Shown: piece by piece, positions 1 to 10,486 of the stretch
Numbering within the stretch: the stretch's first letter is position 1
Layout: each line of letters begins with the position of its first letter
Assembly: GCA_965209055.1 (NCBI GenBank)
Contig: OZ242374.1
Location: forward strand, 2,944,001 to 3,008,000
Length of the DNA stretch: 64,000 bases
Direction of reading: 5' to 3'
Origin: Acidobacteriota bacterium
GTDB taxonomy: Bacteria > Acidobacteriota > UBA6911 > RPQK01 > JAJDTT01
The notes under the pieces: model-generated
Database searches by the model: none
The model's input: the letters and a program-made list of their open reading frames with translations, nothing else
What the model was told of the DNA's origin: nothing
Made by a program: the position numbers and the translations under genes

Positions 1-407
1 CTTATCTGGGGCTGATCAAGAACACCTACGCCAGCGAGCTCTCCATCTTCTGCGGAGCCATGGTGGGAGCCAGCCTGGGGTTTCTCTGGTACAACTCCCA
101 CCCCGCCGAGATCTTCATGGGAGATGTCGGGTCCATGTCTCTGGGTGGCGCCATCGCCACCGTGGCGGTGCTCATCAAGCAGGAACTCCTGCTGTTGTCC
201 ATCGGGGGCATCTTCGTCCTGGAGGCCCTGTCGGTCATCTTCCAGGTCCTTTACTTCAAGGCCACCGGGAAGCGCATTCTGCTAATGGCCCCCCTGCACC
301 ACCACTTCGAGCTGCTGGGCTGGGACGAGCCCAAAGTGGTGGTGCGTTTCTGGGTGCTGGGCCTGCTGTTCGCACTCTTCAGCCTGACCACGCTGAAGAT
401 CAGGTAG
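1..407 (+). CDS. mraY: phospho-N-acetylmuramoyl-pentapeptide transferase, 3' part (truncated by window start)
   Basis: [18 protein letters not shown] and [10 protein letters not shown] motifs; directly upstream of murD. Confidence 0.97.
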   Translation, partial: YLGLIKNTYASELSIFCGAMVGASLGFLWYNSHPAEIFMGDVGSMSLGGAIATVAVLIKQELLLLSIGGIFVLEALSVIFQVLYFKATGKRILLMAPLHHHFELLGWDEPKVVVRFWVLGLLFALFSLTTLKIR

Positions 408-428
408 AAGGGGGGCGAGGGTTTGGCG

Positions 429-1787
429 ATGAAGTTGTCGGGGCGGAACATCCTGGTGGTCGGACTGGCCCGGACCGGTCTGGCCGCGGCCAACTTCCTG
501 GCTGCGAAGGGGGCCCGCGTCAGCGTCACGGATCTTCGCACGAGGAATGATCTGAGTGACCAGATCGCAAGGCTCCAGGGGAGGGTTCGGTTGGTGCTGG
601 GACGTCACCGGGAAGCGGATTTCACCGGAGCCGACATGATCGTATTGAGCCCCGGGGTGCCGTCGGGGATCCCTCCGCTGGTGCGGGCCCGGGAGCGGGG
701 AATACCGGTCTGGAGCGAGATCGAGCTGGCTTGCCGTTTCCTGAAGGGCACGCTCATCGGCGTCACGGGAACCAACGGCAAGACCACCACGACCACACTG
801 ATCGGCGAGATGCTGGCCGCGGGCCGGCGGCCCCACGTCGTGGCGGGCAACATCGGAGTCCCCCTGCTGGAGAAGCTGGAGGACGCCAATGACGAAACGG
901 TCTGGGTCGTGGAGCTCTCATCCTTTCAACTGGAGACGACCCGGACGCTGCACTGCCGGGTGGCCGTCGTCCTCAACGTAACTCCGGACCATCTGGATCG
1001 TCACGCGAGCTTCGAAGACTACTGGCAGGCGAAGCGCCGCATTCTGCTCAACCAGGAAGCGTCGGATTTCGCCGTGTTCAACCGGGACGAACCCAATTCC
1101 AGGCGCATGGCCGACGGTGCCGAGGCGCGTCCCCTCTTCTTCAGCCGGTTGGAACGGTGCGCGGGCGCTTTTTCCCGGGACGGAAAGATCTGGATTCAGG
1201 TGGACGGCGAGCCGCACCAGGTGATGGACAGGAGCCAGGTCCGGCTCAAAGGGGAACACAATCTGGAAAACGTTCTGGCCGGCGCGGCCGCCGGCTTCAT
1301 GGTGGGCGTCGGACCCGAAGCGATCGCCCGTGCCTGCCGCCGCTTCGCCGGCGTGGAGCACCGCCTGGAATGGATCCGGGACCTGGAGGGGGTCTCCTTC
1401 TACAACGATTCCAAAGCCACCAACGTGGAATCGGCCGCCAAAGCCATGGAAGCCCTGGAGCAGCCCCTGGTCGCCATCATGGGGGGGACCAACAAAGGGT
1501 CCGACTTCCGGGTGCTGAGGCCGCTGGTCAAGAGGAAGGTCCGGCACCTGGTCCTTTTGGGAGAGGCCAAGGACAGTCTCGTGGAGGGGCTGCGCGGAAC
1601 CGCCCCGGTGAGCGAGGTCGGAGGGTTTGAGGAAGCGGTTCGCCGGGCGTTCGTCGTGGCGGTGCCCGGAGACGCGGTGCTGCTGGCCCCGGCCTGCGCC
1701 AGTTTCGACATGTTCCGCAACTATGAGGAACGGGGCAGAGCCTTCAAGGATCTGGTTTCACGGTTGACCGGAGGTGAGTGGCAGTGA
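429..1787 (+). CDS. murD: UDP-N-acetylmuramoyl-L-alanine--D-glutamate ligase
   Basis: GLARTG, VLSPGVP, GVTGTNGKTTTT, YNDSKATN, LAPACASFDMFRNYEERG motifs. Confidence 0.97.
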   Translation: MKLSGRNILVVGLARTGLAAANFLAAKGARVSVTDLRTRNDLSDQIARLQGRVRLVLGRHREADFTGADMIVLSPGVPSGIPPLVRARERGIPVWSEIELACRFLKGTLIGVTGTNGKTTTTTLIGEMLAAGRRPHVVAGNIGVPLLEKLEDANDETVWVVELSSFQLETTRTLHCRVAVVLNVTPDHLDRHASFEDYWQAKRRILLNQEASDFAVFNRDEPNSRRMADGAEARPLFFSRLERCAGAFSRDGKIWIQVDGEPHQVMDRSQVRLKGEHNLENVLAGAAAGFMVGVGPEAIARACRRFAGVEHRLEWIRDLEGVSFYNDSKATNVESAAKAMEALEQPLVAIMGGTNKGSDFRVLRPLVKRKVRHLVLLGEAKDSLVEGLRGTAPVSEVGGFEEAVRRAFVVAVPGDAVLLAPACASFDMFRNYEERGRAFKDLVSRLTGGEWQ

Positions 1788-2914
1788 CCCGGAGAACGAC
1801 GTACGACCCTGTGATTCTGTTGGTCCTCCTGGTTCTGGTGGGCTTCGGCCTGGTCATGGCCTTCAGCGCCTCCGGAATGGTGTCGCTGGACCGGTACGGC
1901 GTTTCCACCCGTATTTTCCAAAGGCAGCTGGTGAGCGTCGGTATCGGCCTGGTGGTCTTCTGGATCGCGGCGCATTGGGACTATCGGCGCTATGCGACTC
2001 CCGCATTCATCTATCCGGCGCTGGCCGCCACCGTGATTCTCCTGGTTCTTCCCTTGGTGCTGCCCACTGGTCAGGATGTCCGGCGCTGGATTCCGGTCGG
2101 GCCTACGAGGTTCCAACCCTCGGAACTGGCCAAGCTCGGGGTCGTGGTTTTCGCGGCCTACTACCTCACCCGATACCGCTCGAGCCTCCAGTCGTTGGCC
2201 GTGTTGGCGCCGTTGCTGGGGATTGTGGGGCTGGTCCTGGCTCTGATCGTGGTCGAGCCCGATCTGGGTACCGCCTGCGCCATCGCGCTCACGGTGGGAA
2301 CGGTGCTCTTCCTGGCCGGCGTTCGCCTGATCTACCTGATCGGCCTCGCCGGCTTGAGTATTCCTGTCGTCCTGGCCCTCATTTTTAGCGCCTCCTACCG
2401 CAAGGACCGGATTCTGGCCTTCCTGAATCCGGACGTCGACCCCTCCGGCATCGGCTACCAGATTCGCCAGAGCCTCATCGCCGTGGGCTCCGGCGGATGG
2501 ACCGGACTGGGTCTGACCCAGAGCAAGCAGAAGCTCCATTTTCTGCCCGAGTCCCACACCGATTTCGTCTTCGCCGTCGTGGGGGAGGAGCTTGGATTGC
2601 TGGGTTCGCTCGTCATGGTGGCGCTCTTTGTTCTGCTCTTCTGGCGAGGAGTGCGGATCGCTTTCCGGGCCGACACCGATTTCGGCTCTCTGCTGGCCAT
2701 GGGGATCGTGTGCATGGTGGTCCTGCAAGGCATGTTCAACATGTGCGTCGTGGTCAGCCTGCTGCCCACCAAGGGAATTCCGCTCCCGTTCGTCTCGGTC
2801 GGCGGATCCTCCATGTTGGCCATGATGGCCGGCATGGGCATCCTGCTGAACATTTCCCGCCGCTGCCGGACCGACCGGGAGGAGGCCGTTCCCCGGGACC
2901 GGGGGGTCCAGTGA
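1778..2914 (+). CDS. ftsW: SEDS family peptidoglycan polymerase FtsW
   Basis: multi-TM protein with FQPSELAK, EPDLGT, LPESHTDF, PFVSVGGSS; dcw position. Confidence 0.96.
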   Translation: MAVTRRTTYDPVILLVLLVLVGFGLVMAFSASGMVSLDRYGVSTRIFQRQLVSVGIGLVVFWIAAHWDYRRYATPAFIYPALAATVILLVLPLVLPTGQDVRRWIPVGPTRFQPSELAKLGVVVFAAYYLTRYRSSLQSLAVLAPLLGIVGLVLALIVVEPDLGTACAIALTVGTVLFLAGVRLIYLIGLAGLSIPVVLALIFSASYRKDRILAFLNPDVDPSGIGYQIRQSLIAVGSGGWTGLGLTQSKQKLHFLPESHTDFVFAVVGEELGLLGSLVMVALFVLLFWRGVRIAFRADTDFGSLLAMGIVCMVVLQGMFNMCVVVSLLPTKGIPLPFVSVGGSSMLAMMAGMGILLNISRRCRTDREEAVPRDRGVQ

Positions 2915-4020
2915 TCGAGCGAGGGTTGCTTTTTGCCGGAGGAGGCACCGGAGGTCATGTCTACATGGCGGTGGCGGTCATCCAGCGCCTGCGGGAGTTG
3001 GGGTCGAGTCCTGAGATTCTCTTCGTGGGAACCCGCCGGGGAATCGAAAATCGAATTCTGCCGGATATGGACGTGACGGTGGAGAGGATTACCTTGGGAG
3101 GACTCAAACGAACCGGTCTCCTGAAGGCGTTTCAAACCTTGCTGCAACTTCCGGCGGCGCTGCTCCGGGCCGCGGGAATCCTCCGCCGCTTTCGGCCCGC
3201 GGCCGTGGTGGGGCTGGGAGGCTATTCCTCCGGGCCCGTGGTCCTGGTGGCGTCCTGGATGCGAATCCCGTGTCTCGTGATCGAACCCAACGTTCACCCG
3301 GGTCTCGCCAACCGGCTTTTGGCTCCCTGGGTGGACAGGGTTGCGGTGGCGTTCGAAGAAACAGCCGGACGCTTTGGACCGAAGGCCGAGTTGACCGGAA
3401 TCCCGGTTCGACCCCAATTCCACCGGGACCGTAAACGTCCGAACGCGGGTGGGCCCCTCAGGGTGCTGATCTTCGGAGGGAGTCAGGGAAGCGTCGCCAT
3501 CAATCGTCTGGTTTGCGAGGCACTGGAAGAGCTCTCGCCCGGCCGCATCCGGCTGATTCACCAGACGGGGCCCCGGGACCGCAGCCGGGTGGAAGAGCGT
3601 TACCGGAAGTTGGGCTTTTTCGGCGCGGTTCTGGAGTACATCCACGATATGCCGGATCGGCTGCACTGGGCCGATCTGGTGATCTGCCGGGCCGGAGCCT
3701 TGACCCTGGCCGAAGTCGCGGCGGCGGGAAAGGCCTCAATCCTGATTCCGTATCCCCATGCGGCCGATGACCACCAGCGGACCAACGCCCAAGCCCTGGT
3801 TCGCCGGGGCGCCGCCCTGATTCTGGAGGAAGGGGAGGGGGCGGGACCCGCACTTGCCCGGATGATTCGCGATTTGGACCGTGACCGTCTTCAACTCGGG
3901 GCTCTGGCCGAAGCCAGTGGAAATCTGGGCGCCCCCCGGAGTTGCGACCGGATCGTCCAGGTGCTCGCGAAACTGGTCGACATGGAGAGGAGTGGACCGG
4001 ATCGAAACCGGACACCGTAG
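2911..4020 (+). CDS. murG: undecaprenyl-PP-MurNAc-pentapeptide GlcNAc transferase
   Basis: AGGGTGGHV, GGYSSGP, FGGSQG, RAGALT, DDHQRTNA; GTG start overlaps the ftsW stop (GTGA). Confidence 0.96.
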   Translation: MIERGLLFAGGGTGGHVYMAVAVIQRLRELGSSPEILFVGTRRGIENRILPDMDVTVERITLGGLKRTGLLKAFQTLLQLPAALLRAAGILRRFRPAAVVGLGGYSSGPVVLVASWMRIPCLVIEPNVHPGLANRLLAPWVDRVAVAFEETAGRFGPKAELTGIPVRPQFHRDRKRPNAGGPLRVLIFGGSQGSVAINRLVCEALEELSPGRIRLIHQTGPRDRSRVEERYRKLGFFGAVLEYIHDMPDRLHWADLVICRAGALTLAEVAAAGKASILIPYPHAADDHQRTNAQALVRRGAALILEEGEGAGPALARMIRDLDRDRLQLGALAEASGNLGAPRSCDRIVQVLAKLVDMERSGPDRNRTP

Positions 4021-4047
4021 GGGCGCCCCTCGCAGGTGCGCTCCTGG
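4017..4047 (+). repeat. single GTAG-type REP-like palindrome
   Basis: GTAGGGGCGCCCCTCGCAGGTGCGCTC; related copy on the minus strand at about 34177-34203. Confidence 0.45.
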
Positions 4048-4068
4048 GGCCGAACGACGCCAGAGAAG

Positions 4069-5475
4069 ATGCGAATGGAGCAGGTGAAGGGAATGGGGTC
4101 CAACCGGACGGAAGGTCTCGATCAGTTCCGGAAGGTCCATTTCGTCGGCATCGGCGGGGTGGGGATGAGCGGAATCGCCCAGATTCTGGCCCAGAAGGGT
4201 TGGGAAGTCTCAGGTTCCGACCTGGTCTGTAGCGACGCCGTGTCCAGTCTCCGTTCGATCGGGGTCAGGGTCAGTATCGGACACAGCCCGGACCATCTGG
4301 GAGATGCTGAGATCGTGGCCTTTTCCAGTGCCGTCGGCAGGGACAATCCTGAACTCCAGGAGGCTCGCAGACGGGATATCCCGGTGGTGCACCGGGCGGA
4401 CCTGTTGGCCCGGATCATGGCCGGCGGCGAGGGGATCGCCATCTCGGGAACCCATGGCAAGACGACCACCACCTCCATGATCGGCGTGCTCATGGTCGAA
4501 GCCGGCCTGGACCCCACGATCCTGGTTGGAGCCCGGGCCGTGGACCTCGGCGGCAACGCACGTCTCGGAAAGGGGCCGTGGGTCGTAGCCGAAGCGGACG
4601 AGAGCGACGGCAGCTTCCTGAAGCTCCGGCCCAGGCACGCAGTGATCACCAACGTCGACCGCGATCATCTGGATTTCTACGGAGGACTCGAGGAAATCGG
4701 CGACGCCTTCGTCGCCTTCATGAACCTGCTCCCGGCAGACGGCCGTGCGGTCGTCTGTACCGACGATTCCAACCTCAGGCGGCTCCTGAAAAACGTTCAC
4801 CGGCCCGTGATAACGTACGGCACGGCGCCTGCTGCCGACGTCTGGGCCGAGGCGGTGGAGTGGACGTCCGGAGGTTCTTCCTTCGTGTGCGTCCATCGGG
4901 GCCGCCGTTTGGGGAGGCTCCGGCTGAATGTGGCGGGCCGGCACAACGTATTGAACTCTCTGGCCGCCGTTGTGGTGGGTCTTGAGTTGCAGGTGCCCTT
5001 TGACGTGATCCGGCGGGCGCTGGGAACGTTCTCCGGCGCACAACGTCGTCTGGAGTTCAAGGGCATGCGCGAGGGGGTCCGTGTGATGGACGATTACGGT
5101 CACCATCCGGTTGAGATCCGAACCACGTTGGACGCGTGCCGCCGAATGGGACGGAGAGTGGTCGTGGTGTTTCAGCCGCACCGTTACACGCGAACCCTCC
5201 ATTTGAGGTCGGAGTTGGCCGAGTGTTTCCAGGATGCGGATCTTCTTTACCTGATGGATGTCTATCCGGCAGGGGAGGCGCCTGTCGCCGGCGGGCTCGG
5301 CGAGGATCTGTACCGGGCCGTGGGCCGGCGCCGCCAGGTCTGCTATCAGCCGCAGCCCGGCGCCATGTTGCGGGCCCTGCGGGAAGACGTGATGCCGGGA
5401 GACCTGCTCCTGACGCTGGGAGCGGGCAACGTCTGGAAGATCGGAGAGGATTTTCTGAAAGGCCGGGCCGTTTGA
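4069..5475 (+). CDS. murC: UDP-N-acetylmuramate--L-alanine ligase (start uncertain: 4069/4075/4093)
   Basis: HFVGIGGVGMSGIA, SGTHGKTTTT, EADESDGSF, DDYGHHP, FQPHRY. Confidence 0.97.
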   Translation: MRMEQVKGMGSNRTEGLDQFRKVHFVGIGGVGMSGIAQILAQKGWEVSGSDLVCSDAVSSLRSIGVRVSIGHSPDHLGDAEIVAFSSAVGRDNPELQEARRRDIPVVHRADLLARIMAGGEGIAISGTHGKTTTTSMIGVLMVEAGLDPTILVGARAVDLGGNARLGKGPWVVAEADESDGSFLKLRPRHAVITNVDRDHLDFYGGLEEIGDAFVAFMNLLPADGRAVVCTDDSNLRRLLKNVHRPVITYGTAPAADVWAEAVEWTSGGSSFVCVHRGRRLGRLRLNVAGRHNVLNSLAAVVVGLELQVPFDVIRRALGTFSGAQRRLEFKGMREGVRVMDDYGHHPVEIRTTLDACRRMGRRVVVVFQPHRYTRTLHLRSELAECFQDADLLYLMDVYPAGEAPVAGGLGEDLYRAVGRRRQVCYQPQPGAMLRALREDVMPGDLLLTLGAGNVWKIGEDFLKGRAV

Positions 5476-5495
5476 AGGCGCCGGAGGTATAGAAG

Positions 5496-6308
5496 ATGCC
5501 AGTCCAACGCCCTAACAAGCTGCGTAAATTGCTGATCTTTGCCGGACGCCTTCTGGGGACGGGTCTCTTGATCCTGGGGCTGCTGACGGCGCTTCGACAT
5601 GCGGCTTACTCTTCCCAGGGTGGGGCGCTTTTCGGGATTCAGGATATTCGCTTCGAGGGGGCCCGGCATCTCTCCTGGCAGAAACTCAGGACGTTCATGC
5701 TCGAGACCTATTCGGGGAACATCCTGCGGGTCGACCTGGAACAGCTCAAGGATCTGGTGGAATCGGAGTCCTGGGTGAAGGCTGCGACCGTGCGCCGCCA
5801 GTTGCCCGGCCATCTCATCGTCAGTGTCCGGGAACGAGTTCCGGTGGCAGTCGCCGCAATCGACCAGGATCTCTACGTCGTCGACGAAGAGGGCGTCGTG
5901 CTGGACCGGTACGGATCCGGCCACCTGCAGTTGGATGGGCCGATTCTGAAAGGCCTGGGGAACATCGCCCGCGAGAACCCTTCCGCGACCCGGGAGAATC
6001 TCGAGAAGATGGGAATCTATTCCAGGTTGATGTCCGATCTCGGTTCTTCAGACGGGGACTATACCCTCTCCATTTCCGAGGTCCTGCTGGCGGACCCGGA
6101 GCGGATCGCCATCGTGAGGGAGGACGACCCGGTCCCCATCTACCTGGGAAGCGGCCGTTTCCGGGAGCGGTATGAGAACTTTCTGGCCCAGAAGGACATT
6201 TACCAGCAACTCAAGAAGGAGTACGGCCGCATCGAATATATCGATGTCTCCTTCGACAACAAGATCATTTTCCATACTCCGGGCGAGTCTCGTGAAAGGA
6301 GTACATAG
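5496..6308 (+). CDS. ftsQ: cell division protein FtsQ/DivIB
   Basis: N-terminal TM, POTRA-like segment (WVKAATVRRQLP...VRERVP), C-terminal YIDV; upstream of ftsA. Confidence 0.9.
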   Translation: MPVQRPNKLRKLLIFAGRLLGTGLLILGLLTALRHAAYSSQGGALFGIQDIRFEGARHLSWQKLRTFMLETYSGNILRVDLEQLKDLVESESWVKAATVRRQLPGHLIVSVRERVPVAVAAIDQDLYVVDEEGVVLDRYGSGHLQLDGPILKGLGNIARENPSATRENLEKMGIYSRLMSDLGSSDGDYTLSISEVLLADPERIAIVREDDPVPIYLGSGRFRERYENFLAQKDIYQQLKKEYGRIEYIDVSFDNKIIFHTPGESRERST

Positions 6309-6362
6309 GGGAACCGGACTGGACCGGAGATTCGCGGTCGCAAATTGGATGGAACCAGATCG

Positions 6363-7601
6363 ATGAGGAAGAAAACGCTGGCCGGAGTTGATGTCGGAAC
6401 CACCAAGATCTGTTCCGTCATCGCGCAAGTCGAGCGAGAGGTTTTTCGGGTTTCCGGGGTGGGGGTGACTCCGTCGGCCGGTCTCAAGAAGGGCGTGGTC
6501 GTCAATTTGACGGAGACCATCGAATGTGTGAAGAGATCGCTCGAACAGGCGGAGCGGGACGCGCGCGTCGGGGTCGATTCGGTTTTCGTGAGCGTGGGCG
6601 GGGTCCACGTGCAGGGCCTCAACCGGTCCGGCAAGACCGACATCAGGAGCAAGACGGGCGAGATCACCAAGGAGGACATCAGTCGGGCCCTCGCCGATGC
6701 CAAATCGATTCAACTCCCCCGGGGTTACGAGGTCATTCACATGCTGACCCAGGGCTTTAACGTGGATGGACAAGGACATACCAGGGATCCGCTCGGTCTG
6801 ATCGGTCGCCGTCTGTCCGTCAATCTTCATCTGGTGCTCAACGCCGCCGCCGCGCTTCAAAACGTCGTCAACGCAGTCAACAAAGTCGGCGTGGGAGTGA
6901 ACGGTGTGGTGATGCAACAGTTGGCATCCGCCGAGGCCGTGCTGACCGAAGACGAAAAGGAACTCGGTGTCATCCTCTTGGATATCGGCGGGGGAACGAC
7001 CGATTTCGCTTTCTACCGGCTGGGAAGCGTCTGGGAGTCGGCGGTCCTGCCCATAGGTGGAGATCTGGTCACCAAGGACATCGCCATCGGGCTCAAGGTG
7101 ACCCTGGAAGAGGCGGAGCGGCTCAAGAAGGATCAAGGAACGGTCTTTCCGGAGCGGGTGGATGAAGAAGCAGTGCTTGAGATCCGCGAGATCGGGACCG
7201 GCCGCCCCCGGAGTCTCCTCTACCGGGATCTGTGCCGAGTGATTCAGGCCCGCTGCCGGGAGATTCTGATGGAGGTGCGGAAGCTGGTGGACGGGATCCA
7301 CATGCGCAGGGAAATGCTGACCGGTGTGGTGCTCACGGGCGGGGGAGCACTTCTGGATGGCCTTGCGGAACAAGCCGAGGAGATTCTGGAGATTCCGGCA
7401 CGCATCGGCTATCCCATGCCCCTGGAATCGGACAAGGAATTGGCCTTCGATCCTTCCCACGCAACGGCTCTGGGCCTGGTGAGATACGCAAAGGACCTGC
7501 ATGGCCCGGGGTCCGGCAACGGCGCCGGGACGATGTTGCAGGAACCCCAACGGGGCACGCGGGGAGGCCTGATGAATTGGATCTTGAGCAAGATCACTTA
7601 G
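6363..7601 (+). CDS. ftsA: cell division protein FtsA
   Basis: [25 protein letters not shown]; amphipathic C-terminus. Confidence 0.97.
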   Translation: MRKKTLAGVDVGTTKICSVIAQVEREVFRVSGVGVTPSAGLKKGVVVNLTETIECVKRSLEQAERDARVGVDSVFVSVGGVHVQGLNRSGKTDIRSKTGEITKEDISRALADAKSIQLPRGYEVIHMLTQGFNVDGQGHTRDPLGLIGRRLSVNLHLVLNAAAALQNVVNAVNKVGVGVNGVVMQQLASAEAVLTEDEKELGVILLDIGGGTTDFAFYRLGSVWESAVLPIGGDLVTKDIAIGLKVTLEEAERLKKDQGTVFPERVDEEAVLEIREIGTGRPRSLLYRDLCRVIQARCREILMEVRKLVDGIHMRREMLTGVVLTGGGALLDGLAEQAEEILEIPARIGYPMPLESDKELAFDPSHATALGLVRYAKDLHGPGSGNGAGTMLQEPQRGTRGGLMNWILSKIT

Positions 7602-7663
7602 CGTTTGGAGGGCGCCGCGGCCCTGAAGGCCGTTGGTGTGAAGATTCCTCTGGGAGGCAACTC

Positions 7664-8821
7664 ATGGACCATCCGGAACTGGAAGATAACGGCAGCATGA
7701 AATGGGTCTTTGAGGACGACTTGGGAAGTGAGGCCCGTATCAAGGTCATCGGTGTCGGCGGCGGGGGTGGAAACACCGTCAATCGCATGGTCCGGATGGG
7801 GGTCCAGGGCGTCGACTTCATAGCCGCCAACACGGACCTCCAGGCGCTCAGGCAGTCGAAAGCGGGGATCAGAATCCAACTCGGCAACAAGATCACGAAG
7901 GGGCTTGGAGCCGGCTCGAACCCTGATATCGGGCGGCAGGCCGCCTTGGAGGATACCGAGCGGATCATGGATCTGCTGGAGGGGTCGGACATGGTCTTCG
8001 TGACCGCGGGCCTGGGCGGCGGGACCGGAACCGGAGGCGGACCCCTGATCGCGGACCTGGCCCGTCAATTGGGAGCTCTCACCGTGGCCGTGGTGACGAC
8101 CCCTTTTGTCTTCGAGGGACAGCGGAGAACGCAGCAGGCGCAACGGGGTCTGGAAGAGTTGATGGAAAATGCGGACACGGTGGTCACGGTGCCCAACGAG
8201 CGGCTGTTGGATGCCTTGGCTCCCGGCACGCCGCTGGCCGATGCCTTCGCCTTTGCCGATGACATCCTCTGCCAGGCGGTTCAGGGTATCGCCGACCTCA
8301 TCAACGTGCCGGGGTTCATCAATCTGGACTTCGCCGATATCAAGACCATTATGAGCGGTACGGGATTGGCCCTGATGGGGACCGGCGTGGGAGAAGGAGA
8401 AGGACGGGCGTTGACGGCGGCCACCGATGCGGTGAGCAGTCCATTGTTGGACGACGCCACCATCCAGGGAGCCCGGGGCGTTCTCATCAACATTACCGCC
8501 AGCGACAGTCTCACTCTGCATGAGGTCAACGAAGCCAGCGGGCTGATTCAGAATGCCGCCGATCCCAACGCCAACATCATCTTCGGCTCGGTTCTGGATC
8601 AGCGCATGGGGGACCGAATCAAGATCACCGTGATCGCCACCGGGTTCACCGGCTCGAAAGGCGGGCGAAGACACCAGGCCGACCAGGCCGCCGGAGACAG
8701 CCCCGGAGAGGCCTCCTCTTTGGACCAGACCAATGGCAAGCCCATCGCCGTCCCCCCGATTCCGGTCATGAGCCGGGAAGTGGAAGTGCCGACCATTCTT
8801 CGTCAGGGCCGAAGGTACTAG
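7664..8821 (+). CDS. ftsZ: cell division protein FtsZ
   Basis: [27 protein letters not shown]-terminal EVPTILR; RBS GGAGG before ATG 7664. Confidence 0.98.
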   Translation: MDHPELEDNGSMKWVFEDDLGSEARIKVIGVGGGGGNTVNRMVRMGVQGVDFIAANTDLQALRQSKAGIRIQLGNKITKGLGAGSNPDIGRQAALEDTERIMDLLEGSDMVFVTAGLGGGTGTGGGPLIADLARQLGALTVAVVTTPFVFEGQRRTQQAQRGLEELMENADTVVTVPNERLLDALAPGTPLADAFAFADDILCQAVQGIADLINVPGFINLDFADIKTIMSGTGLALMGTGVGEGEGRALTAATDAVSSPLLDDATIQGARGVLINITASDSLTLHEVNEASGLIQNAADPNANIIFGSVLDQRMGDRIKITVIATGFTGSKGGRRHQADQAAGDSPGEASSLDQTNGKPIAVPPIPVMSREVEVPTILRQGRRY

Positions 8822-8852
8822 GAGCTTCCCCACCGGCTTGGTCCGGCGGACC

Positions 8853-8958
8853 GGAGCGGCGACTTTCCTGTCGCCGGTGGAGCGGCGGTTTTCCTACCGC
8901 CGCACTCCGTTGTGACAGACTTGGCGACGAAGACCGGGCGATTGGAACTCGCCCCCCT
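8853..8958. repeat. cluster of three REP-like palindromes between convergent ftsZ and Nudix genes
   Basis: GGAGCGGCGACTTTCCTGTCGCC, GGAGCGGCGGTTTTCCTACCGCC and inverted GGGCGATTGGAACTCGCCCC; same family as 26826, 43822, 52069-52240 and 63236. Confidence 0.75.
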
Positions 8959-9378
8959 TTACGTGTTTTCCTTCATTTCCAAAAGTTTACGGACGATAGA
9001 CCTGTTCGCCGGAGGGAACCGGTAGGAAGCGAGGCGGGACAATTCGACCCATCTGCCGCGGCCCAGAGACGGGGGCGACGGCAACCTGCAGAGGAAGAAC
9101 CGGATGTCCACCGTCTGCTCCGGGTAACTGTAGTGGGCCCGCCCGTACAATTGCACCGGGCTATCAGACAGGTCCAGGCCCAACTCTTCCCGGACTTCCC
9201 GCGTCAGCCCGTCCCGAGCCGATTCCCCACGTTCCAGCTTTCCGCCCGGGAATTCCCAGCAGCCCCTGAGACTGTCCCGGGTCCGGCGCGGTTGGATCCA
9301 GACCCGGCCCTGGGACAGGAAGATGGCGACGGCCACCTCCACGCGGGGAGGCGCCGCCGCGCCGGCCGACCGGGTCAC
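8959..9378 (-). CDS. mutT: MutT-like Nudix hydrolase
   Basis: Nudix box WEFPGGKLERGESARDGLTREVREELG and FPPAN; GTG start overlaps the upstream stop. Confidence 0.85.
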   Translation of the reverse strand: MTRSAGAAAPPRVEVAVAIFLSQGRVWIQPRRTRDSLRGCWEFPGGKLERGESARDGLTREVREELGLDLSDSPVQLYGRAHYSYPEQTVDIRFFLCRLPSPPSLGRGRWVELSRLASYRFPPANRSIVRKLLEMKENT

Positions 9379-10460
9379 CTGATCCGGCCTCGAGCCTCTA
9401 CGGTCCACTCTCCAAGGACCTCCCGGCCCCGGTAGGGAAAGACGACGTCGTGGAGATTGACGGCGCCACAGACGTGGTTGGGGATGACCCGGAGCCGTTG
9501 TCCCACCTTCAGGCGCACGCCGGGCGGCAGTTCCATGAATCCGTGCTCCTCGTTCATGAAGAAAAGGGTCATCTCCGGGTAGCCCCTCACCAGACCATGG
9601 CCTTTGCGTGTGCCCGGACCCAACGGGTCGCTGGAAAAGGTCTTGGAACCGCCGTCGACGATGACTCGTCCGGGGACGGCATTGCTGATGACGGTGACCA
9701 GCAACGAGGCGGCGCACTGCTCCTCGGTACAGGTCTTCCACTCCAGCGTGTTGCGGTCGTTGAAGATGTAAGTGCCCGGCCGCATTTCGTCCAGGCCTGG
9801 GATCAGGTGGCAGTAGGGCGCGGACGGAGTGCTCCCGCCCGAGATCCGGGGGACGGGGAACTTCTCGGCCGCAAAGAGTTCCAGGAGCCGCTGCAGATCA
9901 TCGACCAGATTATTGAGGGTGTCGTTGTTGCCGTCGAAGTCCGGGTGGACATGGCCCGGATAGAACATGAGCCCTTCGAAGTCGAGGCCGGGCGTGGCTT
10001 CGATGAGACGGGCGAGACGGACCGCCTCCGGACCGGGCGGTACACCGCAGCGGCGGGCCCCCAGATCGATTTCCACGAAAACGGGGATCCGGGCGCCGTC
10101 CGCGGCGCGGCCGGCGGTGGCGACGGCCTCTTCCGAATCGAGGCTGACCGAGACTCGGGCCCGTTCCAGCACCGCCCGCAGGCGCCGGGCCTTGGCCTCG
10201 CCGAAGGGAGGATATGCCAGCATCAGGTCTTCCAGGCCGGCCTCGCTCATGACTTCGGCCTCGCCCAGCTTGGCGACGGTGATGCCTTGGGCTCCCAGCT
10301 CCAACTGCCGGCGGGCCAGGCGAGGCATCTTGTGAGTCTTGATGTGAGGACGCAGAGCGATGCCGTGCCGGCTGGAGTAATCCGCCATTCTCCGCAGGTT
10401 GTCCTCCATGACCTCCACGTCGATGATCATTGCCGGGGTTTCCAGGTCATCGAGTCTCAT
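9375..10460 (-). CDS. DSD1 / D-threonine aldolase family PLP-dependent enzyme (alanine racemase fold)
   Basis: LRPHIKTHK, SGGSTP, EMRPGTYIFND, EEHG, IPNHVC. Confidence 0.9.
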   Translation of the reverse strand: MRLDDLETPAMIIDVEVMEDNLRRMADYSSRHGIALRPHIKTHKMPRLARRQLELGAQGITVAKLGEAEVMSEAGLEDLMLAYPPFGEAKARRLRAVLERARVSVSLDSEEAVATAGRAADGARIPVFVEIDLGARRCGVPPGPEAVRLARLIEATPGLDFEGLMFYPGHVHPDFDGNNDTLNNLVDDLQRLLELFAAEKFPVPRISGGSTPSAPYCHLIPGLDEMRPGTYIFNDRNTLEWKTCTEEQCAASLLVTVISNAVPGRVIVDGGSKTFSSDPLGPGTRKGHGLVRGYPEMTLFFMNEEHGFMELPPGVRLKVGQRLRVIPNHVCGAVNLHDVVFPYRGREVLGEWTVEARGRIR

Positions 10461-10486
10461 GGCGGCGCCCTCCGCATGTGAAGTTT

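Noticed and set aside
5475-5496. Absence of murB/ddl between murC and ftsQ
   Set aside because: A common variation of dcw clusters; the genes may lie elsewhere
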